A DNA stretch of 64,000 nt from Lepidodermella squamata (taxonomy: Eukaryota; Animalia; Gastrotricha), in assembly GCA_047495785.1 (NCBI GenBank), contig JBLDXI010000025.1:124001-188000 (forward strand), given 5' to 3'. Shown here in pieces: positions 47,069 to 59,279 of this stretch. Position 1 is the stretch's first letter. The number at the start of each line of letters is the position of its first letter. The notes beneath the pieces are model-generated. The model made no database searches and had not been told where the DNA came from. It saw only the letters and a list, made by a program, of their open reading frames with translations. A program made the translations under genes and the position numbers.

Positions 47069-50000
47069 TCAGCCGAAGAAGCGGAATCCCTTGGCGCTGC
47101 GCTGCGCCTTGAACGCAGAGTTGCGTTCGGCGAGCGTCTTCTGGATGCGCTCGTACGTCGGCAGCTTCGCGAGGTCGCCGAAGCCGACGAGCGTGAGGCG
47201 GCTCGAGAGCAGGCGGTCGGCGACGCGCTGCAAATCGCCGGCCGTCACCTTCGCGATCGCGTCGAAGTAGGCGCGCGGCGAGCGGCGCTTGCCGTGGAAC
47301 AGCACCTGCCGGCCGACGTCTTCGAATGTGACCGGGCGCTGCTCGAGGTTCATCAGCAACAGCGACTGCAGTTGCGCCTTCGCACGGCTCACTTCCAGCT
47401 AAAATCATGACGAAATGAAAACAACAGATATTAATAATAGCCTAATAGAAAAACTGCCATTCAAAGTTACGCATTTTCTATCTATTAATGTTCCAAATCA
47501 AGAATTTGCTGCTCATCGAAATTATACAACCCAAGCCTGCTCTGGAGAGGACCAAATCGATTATGAATGCATGAAACTAGAAGGGTGCAAGAAAGGCCTT
47601 TACTCTTGATGTACTCCGAATCTCATCCACCAAGTGCATTCTAATTCGATAACTAAGATTGCCGTGCTGATCCTGAATCAAGGAAAGGACTACAATGAGC
47701 GCAGCAAACTACACATTCCATTGTAGTTCTGCCGGACTGGCCATCGAAAGTACCGACGTATCTTACTACTCGTCCGAATAAACTTTCGCCCATCGCCGGT
47801 TTCGAACGATTTCAGATTTGACTGGAATCAAAAAATCTTCCCGCAAACTTGCCGTCGAGTTATCAATTCACTTTCTACATAAAACCCATTGCATCACTCA
47901 CATGCCCTATTTCATCGAATGGTTCGGACCCGATCGCGTCCTCTGGTGCATACGTCTCGAGTCTGAGCTATGTCCCACGAAGCGGAAAGAATTTTATAAC
48001 CACAAAAATATCGCTTTTTCTGCCGTTAAACTGGCATCTCATCGGCTTGCTGAAAAAAGACTGGCGCAGCAGTTTTTTAAATGTCGAATCTCCTAAATTC
48101 CGCTCGAGTCAATTACAGTTACAGCTCCCCGAAATCAATCATTTAGTTCAGCGTCTAATCAGCCTCACTCGGAAGGTCTCACGAATGGCATTATTTTCAT
48201 AATTGGAAAGCAGCCGACCTGCCTTTTTGGGTTCCTGACTGACGGCCCGTGAAGCCGATCGCCTATCCCCTAGAGCCTCACGGGTAAGTGGCTCTGCTTT
48301 TGTTTCACTATAAATACCATCAAAACTCATCGCCTGAAGGACTAAATAAATGCAACTAATTCATGATTTGGCCGAATTGCGCATTATATATATAATGTAA
48401 TGAGTAGAGTATATAACGTACGTCTTGGTAGCGAGGCGCCGCCATGGCGAGCAGTTCCTTCGTGAGCACCTCCGTGAGGGCGCCGAGGTTGGCCGGATCG
48501 GCGCTCGCCAGCACGTAGAACAGGCCCGTGTCCGAGTAGGAGACGTTGAGCGCCTGTGCGTGGTGCACCCAGTGGTAGCGGTTGAGCACGTTCAGGTAGA
48601 GGCGCGAGTACATGCCCTTGCCGGGGCCGCCGGCCGAGAACGACCCGCCGCCGCCCATCAGCGACGCGAGCACGCACGTCGGCACGAAGTCGCCGTCGTC
48701 GTTGTCGGCGTGCGGCGCCGACTCGAAGCCGAGCACGAGGTGCGCCAGGTTCGGCAGCGGGTTCGGCCCCAGGCTGATGGCGGACAGGTCGCGCACCACG
48801 CGCCGCTCGCCGCCCGTGTACTGCGCCCGCGACGCGTCCACCGCGAACGCCTTCGCATCCACCTCGGGCGCGTTCGCCCACACCGGCGCCTTGTCGACGA
48901 AGCACTGTTGCGCGAGCTCGACGAGGCGAGCGTGTTCGACGCCGACGCCGGTTAGCACCGTTCGACTCGGGTGCGCGTACGAGCTCAGGAAATTCAGCAG
49001 CACCCGCCGGTCGATGGCGCCCACGTTGTCTTTCGGACACAACCGAGGTAGGCCTAAAATAAACAATAAAAAACAAACAGATCAATAATTCATCACTTCA
49101 TCACTTTCACGCCGATATTTCGCAAAACATGAGATTTTTTCAATTTCATTGTGAAGATTTTTAGGAATTTTCAAGTATGGTGTGAGGGTATTGAAATACT
49201 GCCCACATTATTGTGAAGGTATCAGAATGTATCAGAAATTATGTGTGAATCGCTAATTGAAGCGTCGGCGGGTGCGCTTTGCTGTTTTCATCTACATCTA
49301 GCAAATCTGGTTATTACAACTCAACAGTGAAAAGTGACAACCGAGTACAACAAACTCGAGGCTGAGTTTCGGTAACATTCAGACCTACTGCATGACAAGT
49401 GCATAAGTATTACCTAGGGTGTTGTTGGCGAAGGCGGCCTGGTGCGCCCACTCGGCCATTTTGGTGTCGTGCGACGGCGACATGTCGAGCGTGTCGAGTT
49501 CGGCGAGGACGGCCGCGCGCGCCGCCGCCAGCTCGGCGTCGGAGAGGCGCGGCCGCAGCACGCAGTCGGCGAGCACGTCGACGGCGGTGGGCAGGCCGCG
49601 CGAGTCGGCCGACACGCCGTAGATGAGCACGTCGCGGCCGGCCTGCGCGTCGCAGATGCCGCCGATGCGCTCGAGCGCGCGCAGCACCGCGTCCCGGTCC
49701 GGGTACGCCGGCGTGCCCTGGAACGCCAGCTTCTCCAGCACGTGCGCCACGCCCGACGGGTAGTTGACTTCGAACCGCGACCCGGCTTCCATCACCACGC
49801 CCACCGTGCAGAACTAGTAGAAACAAAACACAATACTTAGGTAGATGTACTTATGCATGCATCCATCTTTCAATATTAACATCACATTAACACCACAACT
49901 TAATCGACAAATACATGTGATCCTAGCCCCAGAGGCAGTCTCCTGTGTTTACTCAACACTACGATTCGAAAACCGCAGCCATCCAGCCCTGGATGTCTCT

Positions 50001-51376
50001 CCCGCTATCTCCCCCCGCACAAGCAGACCATACGCAAGGCCCTTAATAGTAAGCTCAACGAGATTGTCCCGTTTGAGATTATATTCATCATTTTGCCTGG
50101 CTTAAGTATAGCATAGATAGCCTCAAGAGAATGGCGAACGGCTGGAAAATCGGAGCATCGACGGCAAGTAAAATAATGACAGTAATCGGGCCCCTCATTC
50201 ACCAAGTCACTTCGCCTACCTACACCGCCTACACCGCCTACACCAACTACCAGAACCTGGCTCGGGGCAGAGAGAGACTGTGACATGACAGCTTCCCGGC
50301 GTGAAAATTTGATCAATTCAAGGATCAATCCGGGAGATGCAGTCCGAACAAGGAAGCCAATGAACGCAACGTCATGGTCAAACTGCCACTGCCACTGATT
50401 CACCAACATCGAGCTGGTTCGGAAGCTTGTCGCGGAAACCACCCGACCAGGCCAGTCAAGTTTATTCGATTCAGGACACCACACCAGCGACACGCATCGA
50501 CGAAGTCCATAAGGGAGGCAAGTTGACGAACCACGCCAGAGAAGGCGAGATCGCCATCACCAACAACGGACACAGTTTCACGTACAACTACCGCTTTGAT
50601 TGCGTCGATGAAGACACAGAGCCACACGGATGAAATCATCCGATCAAAAAGCCCAACATCAACCGCAGAAGCCGACCGTGACGACCGGTCAGCCGCGGGC
50701 AAGTCGCAATACTTGATACAAACAATTTTTCATTTTTAAATATAATTGAACCTACTGCAGTGAAAATTGTCATTTTTCGGAACGAAAACGCGCGGGCTTA
50801 CAGACGGGTCATGTTTCGAATAATTGTGGGAGATACCTAATAGATTAGAAGAAATACTTCATGCTCTTCAAAACTACATTCTCCCTCTTCAGAACTGTTT
50901 TATATCATTACATTACCCGCTATACGGTTCAGAGTTAGTGGCCTGCGTGCCCTTCTGTTTCCTCGAATTTTGTACCATCATATTTTTCGAAATAAAATAA
51001 TAATTATAATTCCTGGATGAAATAATGCTTGTATATAGGTTACCTGGCCAAAAGTGTTGGTGGTGGCGACGCGCAGGCCGTTGGACAGGCGCGTCACCTG
51101 CGTCGCGTCGTCGGCGTCGCGGAGCGCGGGCGGGTCTGGCGGGTAGGCGATGCGGCGGTCGAAGTTGGCCGGCGCCTTCGACAGCGGCGTCGCGAGCATG
51201 GGCGGCGCCGCCGCGTCCTCGGCCGCGAACGTCGCTTTCGGCGGCGACTCGGCCTGCTTCTCGGCCGTCGTCGTCGTGATGCGCGGCTGGTGGTGGCTGG
51301 TGTCGTGGCACAGCGCGCGGCGCGATGACTGTCTCGGTAACGACCACAGCCGTGTCAACGAGCGCCTCAGCACCAT
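47069..51376 (-). CDS. PMPCA: Mitochondrial-processing peptidase subunit alpha. Exons 51376..51044, 49813..49414, 49053..48422, 47398..47069
   Basis: Arg-rich presequence; TQVTRLSNGLRVAT; GVAHVLEKLAF; alpha-MPP glycine-rich loop GGGGSFSAGGPGKGMYSRLY; RAKAQLQSLLLMNLE. Confidence 0.96.
47530..48200 (+). mobile_element. Highly degenerate non-LTR retrotransposon RT fragment in PMPCA intron 3
   Basis: Remnant peptides ACSGEDQIDYECMKL and ILNQGKD resemble the GxDxI and ILKPGK motifs preceding LINE RT domains. Many stops; boundaries approximate. Confidence 0.45.
49990..50720 (-). mobile_element. Degenerate non-LTR retrotransposon fragment in PMPCA intron 1
   Basis: EGPD...FP...AILKPGK...ISLSLLLR resembles the LINE RT N-terminal motifs GPD / ILKPGK / RPISL. 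Confidence 0.5.
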
Positions 51377-51719
51377 TGCTTTCAATTCAACAAAACTATA
51401 ACAACCCTAAAATTGGGAGCGCAAATCAATTAGTCATGCTTTAAAAAATCACAGTCCGGAAAAATTAAGGCTTAAGGACCACTAAAAAATCAATGAAAAA
51501 CCAAATTTTCAGGAAAAAATGCAATTGCTCATGTGAAAAATGTTGAGATCAAATTCAAAATGGCAACTATAACAATCAAACAAAGCAAAGTCTAAATAAC
51601 TCAAATTTATAAAAGAGTCCACTAAAAATGAGGTCCTAGCACTGAAGTTAAGCGTTCTAAATTACTCCGATTCGTTGGGATTTCGAATTTTTCGTGTGTT
51701 GATCGATGCGGAAGCGTGA

Positions 51720-51987
51720 CTGGGCCCAATGACAATGAGCCTTCGTTTCATTAACGACGTTGCCGAAGCCTTGTAAAATCTTGCATATCCAGTTAGTTGG
51801 CTGACAGAATGTTAAGATTTACCCCAAATTGGGTACAAATCCAGCTGATATACAGCAGGATATTAACTCTATCTATTCTTTTTTCACTTCCCACCAACTA
51901 TCAGTTAATCTTAAAAAATGTTTCATTCTTCGTCTTGGATCCAAGAACTTACTCCATAACTATCTACTCGGTTCTCACATTATCAAC
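51720..51987 (+). mobile_element. Short fragment of the same LINE family as 55500-58577, opposite orientation
   Basis: 51809-51987 appears identical to the reverse complement of 56377-56555; 51720-51808 is a diverged match to the adjacent LGP..FINDL..FADD region. Confidence 0.9.
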
Positions 51988-52457
51988 CGCTGGAACCTTA
52001 AATGGAGGGTTTGCACTTATAAGCATTTTTTGGGTTTTTTAAATTCAAGCATGGTATTTACAAACAGCTGAGTAAAAAACTAATTTAGGCCTTCCAATTA
52101 AACAGAAATGTAGCAGTTAATCTAGAAAAAATAAAAATAAATACTTATCCAGAAATTTGATTTAGTAGTCAAAGTGGTTGAGTGGTTGAGATCGTATGAG
52201 GAAAAAACAAATCTGCGGTTTTGCGTAAAAATTCTCGTTATTCTTTAATAATTATTAAAGTATCATAATTGCAGAAGTAATAATGTTGTTGTTTTGCGTG
52301 AGACTCGGCCGCCATCACAAGTGGCCTTTCATTTACGTTTAGCTCATCATAGACAAGACAGAGAAAGCATTTTCGTGGCATGTAACTTCGTATTACCATA
52401 ATATCATCATCATCAGTGTTCATAAAACTATAAATTAGGTACAACTGCTGAAACAAA

Positions 52458-54693
52458 TCACTCGTCAAACGTCGTCCAATTCGCCGGCCGGGGCGGCAAA
52501 GGCGGCGGCGATGCGACCGATTTCGACGTCTGCAGCGGCATCGTCGCAGACTTACTACTGCTGCTGGTGGAATAGTTCGAAACAGCCGGCGGCTGGTTGA
52601 AACAGTTGTGATTGACGCCGTAAAACGAGCTCGTATTCACCGTCACCGTCGCGTAGTTCGGACTCGGCATCGTCGGAATTCGGCCCGGAAACAGCGTCGA
52701 CTGGCGGTACTGCTGCGTCTGCTGCGGAACCGCCGTGTACAGCGTCAGCACGCGGTCAATCAACTCGCGCTGTTGCAGCGACGACCCGCGAGGCCGCGTC
52801 ACCACGAAATCGACCGCCGAATCCTTCGACTCCAGCGGGTCGAACAACTGGAGCGGGTTCGAGTTGGCTAGCACATCCACAGGCAGCGATAGCCGATGAT
52901 TCGCTCGATCGCCATCGTCATCGTCTAGACAAATCAGATCCGCAACAGGTGGTTGCGGCGGCGCCGGAGGTGGTGGTGGTGGCGGCTGTGGCAGCGGTTT
53001 TTCCTCGGTTTTCGCCGGCGGTAGCGCGACTACCAGCTCCGTGGTCGAGTACGGCTTCAAATCCGCCGCATCCTCCCGGCTGTAACTGATTTCTTCAATT
53101 GATAACGGCCTCCGCAGCGGCTCGCCGATCGTTAAACTGCTCGGCGAAGTCGCTTGCTCGTGGAAAGTCGGTCTCGACTGACTCCGGGGCGGTAGAAATT
53201 TGCGGAATCCACCCACAATCTTGCCAGCGCCGTGTTTGATTTTGTACTGAACCGCCGACTGACTGCGGCTCTCTTTCACAAGGGCCGGGCGGTCTTTCAA
53301 CGACCGCTCGAAGTCGTCGAATGGGATCGGCCTGCCCTGTTTGATTATTTCCAGCCGTGATAGTATGAACATTTTGATCATGCCCAGCTTCGACTCGGCC
53401 GCCAGCGCGAACCGCTTGTAGTCGGACTCAGGCCGGTACGCCTGGTAGCGTGGCCACGAGAACTCGGCGACGCCCGTCGACGCGTTGATGCCGATAAACT
53501 GCGGGTAGTCGCCAATCATCAGCACGAGCGCGTCCATGAAAATCCGCGCAAAATAATCGCCTTTTCGCGATATCATCTCGCTGTTCGCCAGCCGCGTTTC
53601 TAGCAATGTCCGAACCTAGGTTATAATTTACGAGGTCTTATCTCACATGGACATTCGGAATAAGCATTAACCAACCTCTTTCGGAAGCACTTCAACGTCG
53701 TCAGCGAAGTGCGGTGAAATCACACCTGTGTCGACATCTAACACAATGACACAGTCTTCAGGACTATCCGCTATTTTCAGAGCCTCGTCTAGGTATGACT
53801 TGTGGATGCCCATGATGTAGGGCTGCGGCAGACCTACCATATCAATGATTCTCGGGTCAGGAAACAACAACGGCACAAAGGTATAATTCCATTCCAGAGG
53901 GTAAATTATTGTTTGTAACGCGTAACAGCAACTAGTAAACCGACGAACTTCGTTCGAAGTAACCAGAAACCGCCGCTCCATCAACAAACTAAGCAATAAT
54001 TTCGATAAAATAACAGCTAGACATCACTTTTAACGCTTACTGTGCAAATATCCTCGTCAGTGTGCTCGGCTCTTTTCGAGACGTTTCGAATGACTGAAGG
54101 AGGCCGAAGGCGCGGTAAAATTCGGCTATATGGTCGTTTTCATACATCAGTGGTAAACAAAACGGCGATTCGTGTTCAATGTTAACAGGAGGAATGCCGT
54201 ACTGCGGAGGCAAGTGAATAGTTACCGGGTTGCCAGGCGTAGGCATTCGTGACTCCTTCGCAATCGCTAAAAGCAACTTTTCAATCGCTGTTTCTTTGCC
54301 CTCTTTGCTCGCTGTCGAGATGATAGACAACAATTTGTAGAAAGATCGGAAGTAAGGGAAGAGACTAGATATGCAATGCGTCGTTAATCCATCTTCGCGT
54401 TGAAGGCAAAACACGTAGTGATTTAACGTCGTTATGTCGCAGTCTGCAGTTTTTATATTTACACATTCTTGGAGAACGTATGTGTATTGAACAGCAGCGA
54501 AGCGACGGCTGTCCGAGTCTTTCACAGCCGGATTCGGGGCAGAAAAAGAGAATTCCTGAAGGCGTTTCAAAATGTTGGTCTCACTAGGGTCTTCGTTGCC
54601 AAAGGCTTCAGGAACCTTGCATATTAGCACTTTCTCAGCTGAATCCTGGAACTTCCCGATTTCGAGATATACTTCTATTAAAGAAGTCGGCAT
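52458..54693 (-). CDS. DENND1: DENN-domain Rab GEF, DENND1/connecdenn-like. Exons 54693..54041, 53988..53676, 53615..52458
   Basis: HCISSLFPYFRSFYKLL; LLMERRFLVTS...YPLEWNYTFVPLL...PQPYIMGIH...VIVLDVD (core DENN). Pro-rich tail ending WTTFDE, a WxxF-acidic AP-2 ear motif typical of DENND1. Confidence 0.8.
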
Positions 54694-54807
54694 TTCAGAA
54701 GAAATCAGAATAAATTACGCCGAGTTTCATCCACGGATCAGCATACTTCTGTCTAGAAAGCAAATAATACGTAATCATGAATTACTAATTGGCTTAGCGC
54801 GAAGCTC

Positions 54808-55425
54808 GGCACTTATTTAGAATTGGTAGGGACACTTCCTACAGACAGTTCCTACAGACATTTCCTACAGACAGTTCCTACAGACACTTCCTACAGACAG
54901 TTCCTACAAACTCTTCCCACTGATACCTTCAACTGGGGTGACTTTGACAGTTTGGTGACTTTGGCATAACAAATCTCGAAGGTAGCCAGTAGCCAGGCTG
55001 ATACCCTTTGAGTTGGGCACCGTTGGATAGCCCTAGAAAAGGCAAGTATTCTTGTATATACTAGACGTCAATCTGTTGGCTTACTTGATGATCAAAGACA
55101 GGTGAAATTTATGCACAAATTCATTTTGATGACATCGCAGTTAAGCAGATGGTATCGAAATGATTAAACTCATTTTTGGGCTGCCTTCTATGCCGGCTAT
55201 CTAACTCAAGGCATGCCCAACTCAAGGGGTATCAGCCTGGCTACTGGCTACCTTCGAGATTTGTTATGCCAAAGTCACCAAACTGTCAAAGTCACCCCAG
55301 TTGAAGGTATCAGTGGGAAGAGTTTGTAGGAACTGTCTGTAGGAAGTGTCTGTAGGAACTGTCTGTAGGAAATGTCTGTAGGAACTGTCTGTAGGAAGTG
55401 TCCCTATCAATTCTAAATAAGTGCC
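54808..55425. mobile_element. Merlin-like non-autonomous foldback DNA transposon
   Basis: 212-bp TIRs (54808-55019 / 55214-55425) starting GGCACTTATTTAG, 2 mismatches seen, with internal 13-bp tandem repeats TTCCTACAGACAN. 8-bp TSD CGAAGCTC at 54800-54807 and 55426-55433. Confidence 0.85.
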
Positions 55426-55499
55426 CGAAGCTCAAGGGTAAGCAAGGCAGAACTGTAACTGAAGATAAAAACACTCGTAACTTCACCAAAAGTCACATT

Positions 55500-58400
55500 C
55501 ATCATCATCATCATCATCATTTTATTGTTTTCCTTCTGATTGCACCATTTTTTTTTTTAATTTTATAAAAGAATATCAGTATTTAGGAATGGATTTATAA
55601 ATGGGCAAAAAGAGGATCGAGCGCAGAAGTAAGGCGACCGTACACAGCATATAAGAATGTTTATATAGGATGATGCGCGCAAGGCACGCATACATTAGAT
55701 AAGGTGATTAAAATAATAATTAGTTTTATTTAACTAAGGCCACATTTGTAAGGACAGGCCATTCTTCCAATATAAATTTTTTGCACGAGTTAACAAAAAG
55801 ATTTATCGAAGTAATGTTAGTGATAGAGGCAGGTAGAAGGTTCCATAATTTGGCAGTTCTAATAGCAAAGCTAAAGCCCCTAGGACAAAGTGAATGTTGA
55901 GGAATTGTTAATTTGTTATTAGAATGATGTCGAGTAGTAGAGAGATTAGGTTTGAGAAAGAAAGTATCGAATTCTAGAGGATGAGACATATTATTAATTA
56001 TTTTGAACGCCATCGTAAGATCGCGGACTAACCATCTTTGGTTTAAGGATAGCAATTCAAACTTAGCCAGCCTCTGAATATAGTCGAGGGGAGCCATAGG
56101 GGGAGATATAAATCTAGATGTGAAGTTTTTTAAGCACTTTTCTAAAAGATTACGATGCTTGATTAAATAAGGCTGCCAGACGCATGAGGCATATAGTAGG
56201 TTGGGTAAGACATAAGAATTGAAAGCACGAATTAGAACTGAGTGATTTCTGGTGGAAAAAGAGTTCAGGATCAAACCACAAAGGCGACGGCTTTTAGCGT
56301 ATAGTTGGTTGCAGTGAGACGAGAAGGTCAACCTGCTATCTATGATGACGCCAAGGTCGCTAGTTTCTGTCACCGAGTTGATAATGTGAGAACCGAGTAG
56401 ATAGTTATGGAGTAAGTTCTTGGATCCAAGACGAAGAATGAAACATTTTTTAAGATTAACTGATAGTTGGTGGGAAGTGAAAAAAGAATAGATAGAGTTA
56501 ATATCCTGCTGTATATCAGCTGGATTTGTACCCAATTTGGGGTAAATCTTAACATCGTCAGCAAATAATCGGATAATGCAAGATTTCACACAGGATGGCA
56601 AGTCATTAATGAAAAGAAGGAATAAGATTGGGCCCAGCACGCTTCCTTGGGGCACACCGGAAGTGACTGGAGACCACTGACAATGAGCATTGTTAATAAC
56701 GACACGTTGAGAACGACCAAGTAAAAAATTAGATATCCAGTCAAGTAGGCGACCAGAAATGTTGTAGTGTTCTAGTTTATTTATTAGTTTTATGTGAGAG
56801 ACGGAATCGAAGGCCTTTTTAAGGTCAAAGTAAATGCAGTCAACGGGGATGCCCTTGTCAAGTCTAGACGACCACTCGTTGATATTTTCGAGTAGCTGCA
56901 TTTCGGCACTGCGGCCTGATAGGAACCCAAACTGTTCGGGAGATAGAATATTATTTTTAGTGAGATGAGATACCATTTCAATCCGAATACAAGACTCCAT
57001 AACTTTACATGGTATACTGGTTAGGCTAATGGGCCGATAGTTTTCGGTTGAAGAGGGGGAGCCACTGTTTTTGAAAATGGGTACAACGTTAGCTAATTTC
57101 CAACAGGCTGGAAGTACACCGGATTCGAAACTTCTAGAAAAAATTAACGAGAGAGGAAATGCGAGAGAATCGGATAACTTCTTTAATATTGTGGGGTGGA
57201 CACCGTCAGGCCCCATAGAAGAATTTGCGTCGAGATTACGTAATAAAGATTCAATAGTTCTAACAGGAAAAGATACTCTAGACAATTCAGAAGAAGGCGT
57301 TTTGGCCAATGATGGAATAGGAATACCATTATCTACAGTGAAAACGGATGAAAAGAACGAGTTGAACAATGCACATTTGCTGCTGTCGTCAGTAACAGTA
57401 GCACCATTTTGGTCTTTGAGAGATGGAATAGAAGGTTTAGATTTCAATCTGGTATTAGCATAGTTGAAGAAAGTTTTCATTTTACCAGTGTTTATAATGA
57501 AGTTTTCATAATCCGCTCTAAGGTTATCATTAAGAGCCTTCCATTTACGAGAAAATTGATAAAATTTGTCGAGATGGTACTGTTTTTGAGATCGACAGTA
57601 CTTCGCCCACCATCTTTCACGCTGATTTTGCAAGCTACGAAGATTCTTGTTGAACCAAGGGAGCGAGTTTTGATTCATCGAGTGATTTTTTAGAGGAACG
57701 AAACGAGAGTAACCTTCAAAGATAATGCTAAGAAAGGTGTCATACATAATATCAATATTTTCACAAGATGCAAACGTACTGTACCAGTCAAAACTATCAA
57801 GATACAAGTCGAAACTAGGCCAGTCGGTTTTATGAAAGTTAAGTAGTTTGAGTGGGTTGATAGACAGAGGTTTCATGAAGTCGTTGAAGGACAGTTTGAA
57901 GCCCACTGCAAAATGGTCCGAAGTATAGAATGGTTGAAGGCGTTCGAGGTCATAAACTACAGACGAGCTGTTTGAGAAAACGAGATCGAGAATATTTGTT
58001 TTTCTAGTTGGAAACGTAACTAGCTGTTTTGCATCAAGATCAAGAATTGCATTCAAAAATTTACGGGCTTGAGCATCATACTTAACATCAAAATTAGTCC
58101 AATCAATAGAGGGGAAATTAAAATCCCCACACATAACAAATACTTTTTCGGACAAATATTCTTTCATATTGGTGTTCAGTTCTGCGACGCCCTCTATGGG
58201 AGAGGATGGAGACCGATAGGCACCACAAATACGTAATGGAAGATCGTTGAAAAATATGTCACATATAACAATTTCACTCAAGTGTACAGATTTTTTAAAA
58301 ACTAGGGTTGGAGACAGTTCTTTCGCAATGAGGACGAGAACGCCGCCACAAGGAGATGAGGCATCACGATCACATCGGAAGATTTCATAACCAAGAGATG

Positions 58401-58577
58401 AGAAAATATTGATTTCATCAGTTAATGAGAGCCAGCTCTCGCAGCCCACGATAATTTTAGGTTTAACAGGCAACTCAAATATTAGATTAATAAGCACATC
58501 TATTTTATGAACAACAGATCTGAAATTGCAATAATAGAAAAAAATGTCATCAATGCTGTTTACGACGCCAGGTTCCT
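55500..58577 (-). mobile_element. CR1/L2-group LINE with uninterrupted ORF2 (APE endonuclease + reverse transcriptase, 55726..58497+)
   Basis: YCNFRS, ESW, GDFN, SDH endonuclease motifs; YRPISL, GVPQGSVLGP, FADD RT motifs; 3' AATAAA followed by an (ATG)n tail at 55500-55526. No ORF1 seen. Confidence 0.95.
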
Positions 58578-59279
58578 AGGCCAGAGGATTCACCATGTGA
58601 AATCCTTCAGCCATTCTAAATCTAACATTCTAAATCACAAACTAAAAGGAAGCAAGCGGCCACCAAGCTAACGGATTTTCTCATACGTCCAGTGTCTGTT
58701 TATTACGAGCAACCGCAACGGCAGTCTAGGAATAGCGAACGCGACTTCTGAAAGGAAACTGGAAGTCAAGACAAGTCGCGGCGGAGAGCGTATTAATTGC
58801 GGTTTTATGTTTTTCAACTATGTTATTTACGTTCAACTTCTAAGCTGATTAATATGTCTTTAAACAAGTGTCGCTCGCTATACATACTATATTTAGTAAT
58901 ATCATTTTTTCCATTAAAATCGAGGGTACCATAGATCAGAGGGTTCAAGAGCTCGGGGATGATTTTCCTGGTTCCTGGTCAAATGAATGAAAATGAAATG
59001 ATTCAGCTTCGAAGAGCTTCGAAGGCTGTATCGTGGGCATTGGGCATTGTGCTTTATGCTTGGTTCGCCGACTATATTCTTCTTTCACCGTTCAATTTGC
59101 TTGTTAACAAGGGAACTTTCTGAAGCTACACTGAGTCCACCTCCGAGTCGACTGAGGTGAGCTCTAATAGAGGATGGCTCTTGCTACTGGTTTTGAACAA
59201 GCTTCAGTTTCTTTCATACTTGTTACTTCTTAATGAGCTTACTCCCGACTTGATAGATTCCATAGATCTTGCTTCTAAA

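Noticed and set aside
48230-48330. Hammerhead ribozyme-like CTGACTGA stretch
   Set aside because: No correctly placed GAAA core or supporting stems.
43230-49840. Long antisense and alternate-frame ORFs over EDEM3 and PMPCA exons
   Set aside because: Expected shadows of very high GC3 coding sequence.
54833-54910. 13-bp tandem repeats resembling a CRISPR array
   Set aside because: No unique spacers; part of a transposon TIR mirrored at 55323-55402; eukaryotic context.
58540-58640. 2A-like (DxExNPGP) peptide at the LINE ORF2 start
   Set aside because: No such motif in any frame I could read.
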